Shown: positions 8,442 through 17,571, numbered from the stretch's first letter. The stretch is DNA of 32,000 nucleotides from Candidatus Iainarchaeum sp. (GCA_028713935.1 JAQTNI010000001.1:30001-62000), one strand, 5' to 3'. Numbers and translations are program-made. The notes: generated from the letters alone by a model not told the origin.

Positions 8442-8660
8442 TTGCTCGAAAACATTGTTTATTTCATGATTCTTGGAAAGCCGCTCATATTCTATTTGGG
8501 GATTATTACCCTGGTTTCTTTTTTGTGCACTGCAACAATCGGCTTTTTGAATTTTAAAGGCTATAAAAAAATTCCTTTCAAATGGCATCCGCGCTTTGCT
8601 GCAATTTCAATAATTCTGGGAATAATCCACGGCACACTCGGAATACTGCTTTACCTTTGA
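8442..8660 (+). CDS. Small two-TM membrane protein
   Basis: 72-aa hydrophobic ORF, 4 nt after the cupredoxin stop. Confidence 0.5.
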   Translation: MLENIVYFMILGKPLIFYLGIITLVSFLCTATIGFLNFKGYKKIPFKWHPRFAAISIILGIIHGTLGILLYL

Positions 8661-8698
8661 AAACAAAGCTTTTTATTTTGCTTTTTTCTAATTAGAAC

Positions 8699-9520
8699 AT
8701 GCAGCCAAAAATCTTCTGGATTGCCTCTCTCGCGCTTCTTTTGATAATGCTCATTGTGAATGCCTTTTTTGTCCTCGACCTGCTCACTTCCGACCTTCCA
8801 GTTGAATTGTTCATAGTGAATTTCATACTTTTTTTCCCATTGGCTGCCTCACTTGGCTTTGTTTGGGCCAAAAAAAATTTTGGCTATTATTTAAGCCTTG
8901 TTCTTGGGGCGATTTTTTTAGTGCTTTATGCGGGTGAATTTATTTTTACGCTCCTGGCTTTGCAGGAAGCGCTTTCCCTGATGGATTTTTTTTCCTTTAT
9001 TTTCCCGCTTATAATTCCGCCTGCCCTGCTCCTGCTCTGCACATGGAAAAGCAGGCCTGTTTTTCAGGAAACAAATCCGGGAACACATTGGAATGCAGCG
9101 CTGATTACACTAGTCCTGGTTTTTTTGTTTTACCTTGCTTCGGCAATAACACTTGCCTTTTATTATTCCGCAATGGTTGCAGCCGAATATTTCACTGAAA
9201 ACCTTGTTTATATTTTCAATTCCCTCTTAATCCAGGGAGCAATCTTTATTGTTGCGCTTATTGCAACTGCATTTTTCTTTTTTAAAAAAAGAGCGGGTTT
9301 TTACCTGGGGCTTGCTGTTCCAATCCTGCTTGCAATTGTTTCCCTTGCAGACCTGAGCATGCAATTAATTTCTGTTTGGCAAATTGCAACTCCAGATGAA
9401 ATGTTGTCATTGTCACTTGCAATTTTAGGTTCCATCCAGCCAGGCCTTTTAATAATCCTTTTTTACTGTATCTGGAAAGCAAAGCCTGTTTTTGAGGAAA
9501 AAAAACATGCACAACCTTGA
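8699..9520 (+). CDS. Polytopic membrane protein (about 8 predicted TM segments), unknown function
   Basis: 273-aa ORF, strongly hydrophobic throughout. Its end overlaps the radical SAM start. Confidence 0.6.
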   Translation: MQPKIFWIASLALLLIMLIVNAFFVLDLLTSDLPVELFIVNFILFFPLAASLGFVWAKKNFGYYLSLVLGAIFLVLYAGEFIFTLLALQEALSLMDFFSFIFPLIIPPALLLLCTWKSRPVFQETNPGTHWNAALITLVLVFLFYLASAITLAFYYSAMVAAEYFTENLVYIFNSLLIQGAIFIVALIATAFFFFKKRAGFYLGLAVPILLAIVSLADLSMQLISVWQIATPDEMLSLSLAILGSIQPGLLIILFYCIWKAKPVFEEKKHAQP

Positions 9521-10550
9521 TTTGAAACTGGATTCCTCGCAGCTGAAAGATATCTGGGTTATGCTTAGCCAGTCCTGTGACCATAAATGCAGGAATTGCT
9601 TTGAAGCAACTGAAAAAGGAATTGATTCATCAAAAGACAACCTTTCTGCAAAAGAAATACTGAAATTAATCAATGAGGCAATTGAATTGGGAATCAATGA
9701 AGTCGGGATTCCAGGAGCATGAGAACCATTTCACCCAAAAAATATCAAAATACTGTTCAAGATTCTTAATAACAATTTCAAAAAGGGAATTCATACAACT
9801 GTTTTTACACACCTCGGCTTTTTTGACAAGAAGATAGTAAAAAAGCTTGCAAAATTCGGTGACAAAATTACGCTGCTTGTAAAATTCAATTCCTTTAAGC
9901 CAGAGCTTCAGGATTGGTTTGACAATGCAAAAGGCTATGCAAAAAAACGCGATAAAATTCTTCAGCTCCTGTTCAAGCAGGGCTTTAACGATGGCAAACG
10001 CCTTGGTTTTGTAACCTCAATAATGACTTTTAATTTCAAGGAGATTCCTGAAATTTTCCGTTACTGCAGGAGAAATAACATTGTGGTTGATATTGACAAT
10101 ATTTTGCCGAGGGGGAGAGGCTATAAAAACAAGTTCAATCCCTCGGATAAAAAACTGAAGGGAATGTATGAAACACTTGCAAAAATTGACAAAGAAGAAT
10201 TTGGCAATGGCTGGGAACCAACCGGGAGTTATGCCGGCCCTGAAGCCTGCAATCGTTATTGCCATCACCTGTTCATTGCAAAAAACGGTGAAGCACATCC
10301 CTGCATTGGCTCTGTTAATATTTTTCTTGGCAATGTAAAAAAGCTCGGCTTGAAGCAAATTTGGAATTCTTCGGAAATGAAAATTATCAGGGAACGTTCT
10401 TATGACGGGAAATGTCTTGACTGCAAATTGTTCATTGAAAACAAATGCCATTCCTGCCTTGGCAGATATACTGAAAATCTTGACAAAAGGAATCTTCTTG
10501 AAACAGGAAAGGGTCATACAACTGGCTGTTTTTGCTTCAAAGAAAAATAA
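9507..10550 (+). pseudogene. Radical SAM/SPASM-domain enzyme interrupted by one in-frame TGA (9720-9722)
   Basis: CDHKCRNC is the CxxxCxxC cluster motif. The frame reads VGIPGA-TGA-EPFHP, where radical SAM proteins have GGEP. The same frame stays open to 10550. The C-terminus CNRYCHH...HPC...CLDCKLFIENKCHSCLG is SPASM-like. Confidence 0.75.
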
Positions 10551-10563
10551 TAGGGGCAAATTT

Positions 10564-11277
10564 TTAATCAGCCAGTTCCCAGTAAATTCTCCTGTTGCTT
10601 GCTCCCTTGTTGTTGAGTTTTGTAATCTTCACTTTTCCGATTTCTTTTGTGTTTTTCACATGGGTTCCGCCGTCAGCGCTCACATCAATGTTTCCAATGC
10701 TGACAAGCCTGAATTCTTCAAGCGCTTTTGGCAATTTGTCCTTTAACCTGAACAAATCAGGATTTTTCAATGCCTCTTCTCTTTTCACAAAAGAAACAGT
10801 AATGCCAAGGTTTCCTGAAATAATCTCATTTGTGTCTTTTTCAATTGCAGCAAGTTTTTCCCTGTCAAATTCTTTTAAGTCAAAATCCATTCTGCTGTGC
10901 TCTATGCCGAGCTGGTTTCCTGAAACAAGAACCCCAAATTTTTTCCAAATTGAATTGTGAATAATGTGCGCGGAAGAATGCATTCTCATTAATTTGTATC
11001 TGCGTTCCCAGTCAACAATGCAATGCACTTCATCTCCCTGTTTCAAGCCTTCCCTGTCAACTTCATGGCTCACATTTTTGCCAAAAGCCTTTGAAAAAAC
11101 AACTTTGAATTCAGCTCCATCGCTTTTCCTTTTAATTGTTCCATTGTCACAAGGCTGCCCGCCCTGCTCCGGATAAAGAGCTGTCCTGTCAAGAACAACA
11201 AATTTTTCCTGCATGCTTTCCACTTTGGCATCAAATTCTTTAAGGTAAGAATCATGCAGCCACAAAAACTCTGTCAT
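10564..11277 (-). CDS. alaX: Alanyl-tRNA editing protein AlaX (AlaX-M type)
   Basis: Start taken at MTEFLWLHD (11277). Has LYPEQGGQPCD and HSSAHII (HxxxH). The C-terminal motif is DGGTH, where CGGTH is usual. Confidence 0.8.
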   Translation of the reverse strand: MTEFLWLHDSYLKEFDAKVESMQEKFVVLDRTALYPEQGGQPCDNGTIKRKSDGAEFKVVFSKAFGKNVSHEVDREGLKQGDEVHCIVDWERRYKLMRMHSSAHIIHNSIWKKFGVLVSGNQLGIEHSRMDFDLKEFDREKLAAIEKDTNEIISGNLGITVSFVKREEALKNPDLFRLKDKLPKALEEFRLVSIGNIDVSADGGTHVKNTKEIGKVKITKLNNKGASNRRIYWELAD

Positions 11278-11364
11278 AAAAAGCCTGACAAAATTAACAA
11301 TAAAAAGAATTAAAAAATTAGTTTTTTTGCTAAACTTGGTTTTAAGCTTTTTTCTGTTTATTGC

Positions 11365-11922
11365 TTGTTTATGGGAAATTTTTATTTTGACATTGAAACA
11401 ACTGGCCTTGATGCAAAGAAAAACAAGATTATTACTATCCAGTACCAGGAATTGGACAGGCACACAGGCAATGCAATTGGCGAGCTTGTGATTTTAAAAG
11501 AATGGGAGCTTTCTGAACGCGGAATTCTCGAAAAGTTTATTGCCGATTCAAAGATTGCAAGCAATTATGATTTTGATTTTATTCCAACTGGCTATAACTT
11601 GGGTTTTGAACACAATTTTTTGAAGGAAAGAACAGCGCTTCACAGCCTGAATCCTCTTGATATTCTCAGCAAGCCGTTTCTCGACCTGAGGGCTTTTGGC
11701 ATAATAATGAACAAAGGGGAATTCAAAGGCTCAGGCCTTGACAAAATAACAGGAAAAGCAACTGACGGAAGGCAGGTTCCAATCTGGTATCAAAACAAGG
11801 AATATGCCACAATAATCAAATACATAGAAAACGAGGCAAAATCATTCATAGAACTCAATGCCTGGCTATACAAAGAAATGCCGGGCTGCATGGAAAGATT
11901 CAAAAAAGAAAACAAAATATGA
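11365..11922 (+). CDS. RNase H-like DEDD 3'-5' exonuclease domain protein
   Basis: 185-aa ORF. The Exo I motif is FDIETTGLD. The fold call rests on this motif and on size only. ATG at 11371 is an alternative start. Confidence 0.65.
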   Translation: MFMGNFYFDIETTGLDAKKNKIITIQYQELDRHTGNAIGELVILKEWELSERGILEKFIADSKIASNYDFDFIPTGYNLGFEHNFLKERTALHSLNPLDILSKPFLDLRAFGIIMNKGEFKGSGLDKITGKATDGRQVPIWYQNKEYATIIKYIENEAKSFIELNAWLYKEMPGCMERFKKENKI

Positions 11923-11926
11923 ACAA

Positions 11927-12121
11927 TTATTCTTCCCAGATAAACAGCTTGTCAATTGTTGTTTTCAGCTCTTTTGCCAGTGCATGGGCAAGCAAAATTG
12001 AGCAGTTGTAATCTCCTTTTTCAATGAAAACAATTGTTTCCCTTCTTACCCCGACTTTTTTTGCAAGCTCTTCCTGGGTAAGGCTGAATTTTGCCCTGAG
12101 TTCTTTGATTCTTGTTTTCAA
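11927..12121 (-). CDS. XRE/Cro-type helix-turn-helix transcriptional regulator
   Basis: 64-aa [26 protein letters not shown] is a canonical HTH_3 core. Confidence 0.85.
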   Translation of the reverse strand: MKTRIKELRAKFSLTQEELAKKVGVRRETIVFIEKGDYNCSILLAHALAKELKTTIDKLFIWEE

Positions 12122-12133
12122 GGAATCACTTTG

Positions 12134-12553
12134 TCAATCAATTTTTCCATTTTTTTTAAACCATAGTGCCAGCACAATGAAAGTGATTGCAGGCACAACA
12201 ATTAATGCCTCAAAAGCGTATCTAAATTCAATTTCGGGAAGCCTGAAAAACTCAATTGCAAACATATTGGCAACCATTATTACGATTGCAAGCCACAATC
12301 CGACAAGAAAAGCATAATAACCAGCTTTCCAGGTTGCTTTTTTGGACAATTCATCCTCCAGAGGCAGGCCTGTTTTGATTGAAGTGACTTTTTCAGAAGC
12401 GGCAACAATTGCAATAAGTCCTACTGCAACTGCAATTGCAACAGTGGCAACAAGCCAAAAAGAACTGCCAGGCAGAGAAAAAAACAGGGAAAAACCCGCA
12501 ATCAGCAAAGCCGCAAGAAAAACCCGGATAAAAAGATTCAACCGTTTGCCCAT
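12134..12553 (-). CDS. Four-TM membrane protein co-transcribed with the XRE regulator (DUF2178-like arrangement)
   Basis: 139-aa hydrophobic ORF, 12 nt upstream of the XRE gene on the same strand. Confidence 0.55.
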   Translation of the reverse strand: MGKRLNLFIRVFLAALLIAGFSLFFSLPGSSFWLVATVAIAVAVGLIAIVAASEKVTSIKTGLPLEDELSKKATWKAGYYAFLVGLWLAIVIMVANMFAIEFFRLPEIEFRYAFEALIVVPAITFIVLALWFKKNGKID

Positions 12554-12582
12554 AAAAACACCTCTTGTTAGATTAAACTAAC

Positions 12583-12602
12583 ATGTTATATTTATATAAC
12601 AT
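12583..12602. promoter_or_regulatory. Perfect 9-bp inverted repeat ATGTTATAT-TT-ATATAACAT in the promoter region of the membrane-protein/XRE operon
   Basis: Read directly. It lies 30-50 nt upstream of the start at 12553 and overlaps TATA-like sequence. Confidence 0.45.
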
Positions 12603-12624
12603 TAGGTTTTTAAAGGTTTCCAAA

Positions 12625-13080
12625 TCAGTAGTTTCCTGTCCTTCTTTCTTTTGGCAGGAAATTGAAGAGCTTTCCGTTTAATGCTTTTCCCGTTCCCATA
12701 AAATCTTCTTTGTTTTTCACAATAAAAATTCCTTTCAGGCTTTTTTCTATTTCAATGCTTTCGCAGTTCATCCATCTTTCTTTCTGCACAGAAGAAATTT
12801 CCAGAATGTTTTTTTTGATTTTTTTTGAAAGCAGATGCGTTGCATCAAGGCTTAATCGCAGCTCCCCGCCTTCTCTTCTTGCAAAAAACAGGCCCATTGT
12901 CTGTATTTGCAGGTTTTTTACCAGGATTCCAAGGTCTTCTTTTGAAACGCTTCCGGTAAAAATCCTTATGTCCCTGATTGTTTCAAAAAATAAAAAATCC
13001 GGCTTTTCAATGCCAAAATTTTTTTCAAGATTCCTCAATAATTCCTTTTTTTTGCCTTTTGTCAAAAACCTGATCTTCAT
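12625..13080 (-). CDS. PUA/NIP7-like RNA-binding protein (probable partner of the upstream NSUN methyltransferase)
   Basis: 151-aa ORF, 4 nt downstream of the NSUN gene. Its size and position match the pre-PUA/PUA module that is fused to NSUN proteins in other archaea. The motif evidence is weak. Confidence 0.45.
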   Translation of the reverse strand: MKIRFLTKGKKKELLRNLEKNFGIEKPDFLFFETIRDIRIFTGSVSKEDLGILVKNLQIQTMGLFFARREGGELRLSLDATHLLSKKIKKNILEISSVQKERWMNCESIEIEKSLKGIFIVKNKEDFMGTGKALNGKLFNFLPKERRTGNY

Positions 13081-13084
13081 AAAA

Positions 13085-14032
13085 TCACTCTTTTTTTAAT
13101 TTTGCAACAAAAAAACCTTCACAGTCATTGTCCTGCGGATAAATCCTGCAGGCATTTTCAATTCCTTCCACAAAACTGCTTTTCCCCCATTCCTTAATGC
13201 CATGCCTTGATTTCAAAGGCAGGCTTGCTTTTTCAATCACCAAGCCTTTTTTTTGCGCCAGGTAAGAAACAACTTCCTCATTTTCTTCAGGGGCATGAGT
13301 GCAGGTTGAATAAACCATTGTTCCGCCTTTTTTTAAAAGCGCGGAAGCCGAAATTGCAATTTTTTTCTGCAAATCGCTTAATTGCCTTATTGCACCAATG
13401 CTCCAGGTAATTAAAGTTTTTGGATTGCTGCGGATATTTCCCTCTCCAGAGCAGGGAACATCAACGAGAATTTTGTCAAACTCAAGGTTAATGCTGCCCA
13501 TTTCCTGGCATAAAAAAATTGCGTCTTCTTTTGTCACAATTGTGTTTCCAACAGCGCATCTTTCAAGGTTTGAGCAAAGCGAAATTATCCTGTCAACTGC
13601 CCTGTCATTTGCAATTATTGCGCCTGAATTTTCCATTAAGGCTGCAATCTGAGTTGTTTTTGAGCCTGGAGAAGCGCATAAGTCAAGCACAAATTCCCCT
13701 GGTTTTGGCTCAAGTGCGAATGCAGGCATCATGCTGGAAACTTCCTGGACATAATAATAGCCAAGCAGATGCTCAATTGCTTTTCCGATTTCTCCAGGCA
13801 GCAGCTTGCTTTCAATAAGCATTATTTCCTGCCTGCCGGAAAAAGGCTGGCTTATTTTCCAGTTTTTTTCCTCCAATTTTTGCCTTAATTCATCGGGAGA
13901 AATTTTCAGTGTATTGCAGCGGATAAAATTCAATGGGTATTCATGGATTTTTTTTGAAAAATCCGCAAAATCACTTTCTTCAGGCAGAAGCCTGCGCATT
14001 CTTTCCTCAAACAAGGGCTTCGGGTTTATCAT
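13085..14032 (-). CDS. NOL1/NOP2/Sun-family RNA cytosine-C5 methyltransferase
   Basis: 315-aa ORF. SAM motif DLCASPGSKT, motif IV DVPCSGEG and motif VI YSTCT. Confidence 0.9.
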   Translation of the reverse strand: MINPKPLFEERMRRLLPEESDFADFSKKIHEYPLNFIRCNTLKISPDELRQKLEEKNWKISQPFSGRQEIMLIESKLLPGEIGKAIEHLLGYYYVQEVSSMMPAFALEPKPGEFVLDLCASPGSKTTQIAALMENSGAIIANDRAVDRIISLCSNLERCAVGNTIVTKEDAIFLCQEMGSINLEFDKILVDVPCSGEGNIRSNPKTLITWSIGAIRQLSDLQKKIAISASALLKKGGTMVYSTCTHAPEENEEVVSYLAQKKGLVIEKASLPLKSRHGIKEWGKSSFVEGIENACRIYPQDNDCEGFFVAKLKKE

Positions 14033-14068
14033 AAGGAAATTAACAATCGAGAAGCTTTTATACTTAAA

Positions 14069-14713
14069 GTGCTTATTGTTTTCATGGAATCTTTTTTTGC
14101 AATCAGGGCAATAATGGCAATTGTTTTGATAATTTTTTTTGCTGCTTTGTTTGATTCTTATCCATACCTTAAGGCTTTTTTTATTGCATTGTTTTTTTTA
14201 GTGGTGATTTATTACCGCAGGTCACAACTGGCAAACATTTCCGCCTTTACAAAAAAAGCAAACGGCTTTGATGACAGAAAAATTTTGATTCCCTTTTACA
14301 CAATTTTTTTGGTGTTTTGCGCATATGACTTTTTATCACAGCCAATGAATCTTCCGATAACAATTTTTGGCGGAATTGTTTTTACAATCGGAATTTATAT
14401 TTATTCCAACAGCGTAAAAAAGCTTGGCAAGTTTTTTTCCACCGCAGTTGAAATAAAGGAAAAACACAGGCTGATTCAAAACGGGCCATACAAACACGTA
14501 AGGCACCCGGCTTATTTTGGCTCCCTGCTTTTTTTGGGAGGCTTGGCAATTGCAGCAAACAGCCTTATTGCAGGCATAATTTACCTAATCCTTCTCCTGC
14601 CATGGTTTGCTTGGCGCATTTCAAGCGAAGAAAAAATGCTTGAAAAAGAATTTGGAAAAACCTTTTTAGAATACAAAAAGAAAACAAAAATTCTTATTCC
14701 AAAGCTTCTTTGA
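14069..14713 (+). CDS. Isoprenylcysteine carboxyl methyltransferase (ICMT/PEMT) family membrane methyltransferase
   Basis: 214-aa ORF. GPYKHVRHPAYFGSLLFLGG and the C-terminal EEKMLEKEFG are family hallmarks. The start is uncertain. Confidence 0.8.
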   Translation: MLIVFMESFFAIRAIMAIVLIIFFAALFDSYPYLKAFFIALFFLVVIYYRRSQLANISAFTKKANGFDDRKILIPFYTIFLVFCAYDFLSQPMNLPITIFGGIVFTIGIYIYSNSVKKLGKFFSTAVEIKEKHRLIQNGPYKHVRHPAYFGSLLFLGGLAIAANSLIAGIIYLILLLPWFAWRISSEEKMLEKEFGKTFLEYKKKTKILIPKLL

Positions 14714-14729
14714 AAATTGCATTTTTTCC

Positions 14730-14966
14730 TTAACCGCAATTGACAGTTATCTTATTTACAGATGCGGCATCAGGACAGTTGCCTGTTATGCCAATCGCGC
14801 TTGCTTCACAAGTGCTAGTGCCATAAAAGTTTGCTGGCTTGTTCAGTTCTCTGCATAATTTTAGCGCTGTTGGCTCTTGCATTGAATAGAAATTTCCTGC
14901 CAAAAAACCGACAATCAACCCGATTATCAGGATTCCTATAATCAAAATATTTTTATTTTCAACCAA
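14730..14966 (-). CDS. Small membrane-anchored Cys-rich protein
   Basis: 78-aa ORF with an N-terminal TM segment and four Cys in the exposed part. No family recognised. Confidence 0.4.
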   Translation of the reverse strand: MVENKNILIIGILIIGLIVGFLAGNFYSMQEPTALKLCRELNKPANFYGTSTCEASAIGITGNCPDAASVNKITVNCG

Positions 14967-15009
14967 TTTATCACCTCTTGAATATTAAATGGCTAATCTT
15001 TTTTAAGTG

Positions 15010-16119
15010 TTAGCCTTTTGATTTTCCGATTTCTTTCACTGCTTTGACAAACATTCCAGCTGCCCATGCGGAGTTTGGCTCTGATTTCAGGAACAGGCTA
15101 TTAACCGGCTTTCCTTCAAACAAAAAATCATGCACACACTTGTTTTCAATTATTATTTCAGAAATTTTTCTTATTTCCTGCCTTGCCTCTTTTTTCCAGC
15201 CAATTTTGTCCAGGACAATTGCATTCAGGCAGCCAAGCCAGAGCCATGAAAAGCCATTGTGAATGTGATATTCCTGCAGGGGCATTAGCACCAGTGGCAG
15301 CCTCCAGAAAGGATAGGCAGGGTAGTTTGTCTGCAAAGGCCACTTGTTCAATTGGTGCTGTTTTATCTTGTTTGCAATCATCTGGCCCTGCTCTTCATCT
15401 GCAATTTCCCACCAGGCAGCCAATAGGTTTCCGTCTGCTGCAAAATAATCGTGTTTCTGGATAAAAATCCAGTCAGCATAAAAAGCCCCTGTCCAGAATT
15501 CCTCGTTGATTTTTCTTTTGATGCTAATTGCTGTTTTTGAGGCTGTTTCCGCAAGCTCTTTTTGTTTCAGCAAAATGCATAGCCTTTCAAAAGAATCAAT
15601 TGCCTTGAAAAAACAGGCATTGGAATACAAAACAGTCCCATATTTCAATACTGATTCTGCCCAATTGCCAAGCACTGTTTCTTCTACCAAAAAATCCTTG
15701 TCTTTGTCGCGGGAAACAAGCCAGTCAACTGCTTTTTTTAAACTGCCAAAATTCTGCCTTGCAAAATCCAGGTCCTTTGTTTTGTCAACATATTCTGTAA
15801 AAGCAATTATCCCAAGAGCAGTGGCATCAATCGGCTTTCCAACAATCATCTTGTAAGAAGGCTTTAATTTTTTGTCAAAAAACAACGGCAAAATTCCTTT
15901 CGGGCCTTGTTGCCCAAAAAAAAGTTCAAGGTTTTTTTTTGCTATTTCAAAATCCCCGAGTTCCATTGCGCCAAAACAGGCAAAAAAAGAGTCCCTTGCC
16001 CTGTATTCCTTCAAAAAAACGCTTCCTGCAAGAATTCCTTTTTCAGAATAGCATTTTTGCAGGCATTTTGCTGCAATTGAAAAAGCCTCTTCAACCTCGG
16101 GATGCATCCATAAAAACAT
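15010..16119 (-). CDS. Amylo-alpha-1,6-glucosidase / glycogen-debranching-enzyme-like (alpha/alpha)6 glycoside hydrolase
   Basis: 369-aa ORF. N-terminal YRARDSFFACFGAMELGDFEIAKKNLELF and later GNWAES resemble the GDE_C family. By-eye call. Confidence 0.65.
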   Translation of the reverse strand: MFLWMHPEVEEAFSIAAKCLQKCYSEKGILAGSVFLKEYRARDSFFACFGAMELGDFEIAKKNLELFFGQQGPKGILPLFFDKKLKPSYKMIVGKPIDATALGIIAFTEYVDKTKDLDFARQNFGSLKKAVDWLVSRDKDKDFLVEETVLGNWAESVLKYGTVLYSNACFFKAIDSFERLCILLKQKELAETASKTAISIKRKINEEFWTGAFYADWIFIQKHDYFAADGNLLAAWWEIADEEQGQMIANKIKQHQLNKWPLQTNYPAYPFWRLPLVLMPLQEYHIHNGFSWLWLGCLNAIVLDKIGWKKEARQEIRKISEIIIENKCVHDFLFEGKPVNSLFLKSEPNSAWAAGMFVKAVKEIGKSKG

Positions 16120-16162
16120 GTAAAGAGCAATTTTTTAATATTAGAGTCACCTAAATATACTC

Positions 16163-16492
16163 ATGCCAAAAACACCGAGAATAGGTCTTGTAAGGCGGGC
16201 TTTGGGGTCAGTGCAGGCCTACCGTGCTCGCAGGCGGCGCATTAACAAATTGGGAAAATGCCTAAAAAAAGTAAAATCCGCACTCAGGTTACAAGTAAAC
16301 AATGCCAGAGAGGCAATTATTTTGAAAAGAGAGGCGGCTTCCCCTCCAAAGTCTGGTGACAGAGTTCTAACTGTGATAGACAAATGGGCAGAGTCGGACT
16401 TGAAATTAGGCATTCCAAAAATACGCAAATTGAAACGCAGACGCGATTTGATTAATGCAAAACTTGCAAGTTTACAAACAAAACCCAAATAA
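16163..16492 (+). CDS. Arg/Lys-rich hypothetical protein, compositional outlier
   Basis: 109-aa ORF. I counted 54 G+C in its first 100 nt, well above the visibly AT-rich surroundings. No family recognised. Confidence 0.45.
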   Translation: MPKTPRIGLVRRALGSVQAYRARRRRINKLGKCLKKVKSALRLQVNNAREAIILKREAASPPKSGDRVLTVIDKWAESDLKLGIPKIRKLKRRRDLINAKLASLQTKPK

Positions 16493-16505
16493 GCAAATTT
16501 CAATT

Positions 16506-17300
16506 ATGAATTGTTCAAAAATAACAAAAAGCATTTTTAAGAAACTGAAAAAGCGCTCTCCAAAAAGCCACAAATGCCAAAATGGCCTTGTTTTAATAAT
16601 TGCAGGCAGCAAACAATACCAGGGCAGCCTTGTTTTCAGCGCAAAAACAGCAAGCAGGCTTGCAGACCTTATTTTTGCATGCACAGCAAAAGAAAACATT
16701 CCAATAATAAAAAAAATTTCTCCCGAATTAATTGTACATCCAATGAAAGACTCATTAAAACTTGCGGAAAAAGCAGATTCAATCCTGATTGGGCCTGGGC
16801 TTGAAAAAAACCAAAAAAACAAATTACTAATAAAAAAAATCCTAAAAAAATTCTGGAACAAAAAAACAATTCTGGACGCAACAGCTCTCCGCTTAATTTC
16901 CCCTGAAAACCTGCACTCAAATTGCTGCGTAACCCCCCATGCAAAAGAATTTCTCGCATTGTTCCATGAAAAACCCTCAAAAAAAACAGTTTTCAGAAAC
17001 GCGCAAAAAAACAATTGCATAATTGTTGCAAAAAGCCCAATTGATTTCATCAGCAATGGAAAAAAAATTTTTTGCAATTCAACTGGAAATCCAGGAATGA
17101 CAACCGGCGGAACAGGAGACACTCTCGCAGGGCTGATTGCAGGATTTGCAGCAAAAAACTCTTTGCTTGAATCTGCCCTTGCAGCCTGCTACTTGAATGG
17201 CTTTGCAGGAGACCTGCTCTTCAAAGAACGCGGCTTTATGTTCAATGCGGAAGACCTAATGGAAAAGCTTCCAATCGCATACAAAAAATTGTCAGCCTGA
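16506..17300 (+). CDS. nnrD: ADP-dependent NAD(P)H-hydrate dehydratase (YjeF C-terminal / carbohydrate-kinase type)
   Basis: Start taken at MNCSKI (16506). Has HKCQNGLVLIIAGS, IGPGL and the GGTGDTLAG signature. Confidence 0.85.
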   Translation: MNCSKITKSIFKKLKKRSPKSHKCQNGLVLIIAGSKQYQGSLVFSAKTASRLADLIFACTAKENIPIIKKISPELIVHPMKDSLKLAEKADSILIGPGLEKNQKNKLLIKKILKKFWNKKTILDATALRLISPENLHSNCCVTPHAKEFLALFHEKPSKKTVFRNAQKNNCIIVAKSPIDFISNGKKIFCNSTGNPGMTTGGTGDTLAGLIAGFAAKNSLLESALAACYLNGFAGDLLFKERGFMFNAEDLMEKLPIAYKKLSA

Positions 17301-17358
17301 TTTCACCAAGATTTTAAAAAACCATATCAATAATACTTTTTGAGTTGGGAGCAAGGTG

Positions 17359-17379
17359 GGCATGAACAAGGTTCATGCC
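17359..17379 (+). other. Perfect 9-bp hairpin GGCATGAAC-AAG-GTTCATGCC followed by a T-rich run
   Basis: Read directly. It lies 59 nt after the nnrD stop and upstream of the tRNA-Ser(UGA) region. It could be a terminator or processing signal. Confidence 0.4.
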
Positions 17380-17442
17380 TGCCAAATTTTTACTTCTCCA
17401 AAAGAAGCAATTAAAAACCACTTGATTCCTAATTTTAACACT

Positions 17443-17571
17443 GCAGAGGTGGCAAGGCCTTTCTTTGCCTTGCAAAGAAAGCCCTGGGAAAGAAATACTT
17501 TTTGCCAATGCAAAAAGTGCTTCGCAAAGGAAACCCCTGGGAAAAAATTGCCGCCAATAAAAGAAAATCAT
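17443..17571 (+). repeat. 12-nt copy of the tRNA-Ser(UGA) 5' end (GCAGAGGTGGCA) fused to a 117-nt intron-type hairpin module
   Basis: GCAGAGGTGGCA at 17443-17454 is identical to 17572-17583. The following AGGCCTTTCTTTGCCTTGCAAAGAAAGCCCTGGGAAAGAAAT plus hairpin ACTTTTTGC/GCAAAAAGT matches the modules in both Ser introns. Confidence 0.7.

Noticed and set aside
9720-9722. Genome-wide TGA=Gly (code 25-like) or TGA=Trp recoding
   Set aside because: TGA terminates several otherwise complete genes in this window (8435-8437, 9518-9520, 17298-17300, 24283-24285), and no other gene needs TGA readthrough. The organism also looks archaeal, where such codes are not established.
10017-10559. 180-aa minus-strand ORF
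   Set aside because: Antisense to the SPASM half of the radical SAM gene.
16472-17122. 216-aa minus-strand ORF
   Set aside because: Antisense to the NAD(P)HX dehydratase gene, which has the GGTGDTLAG signature.
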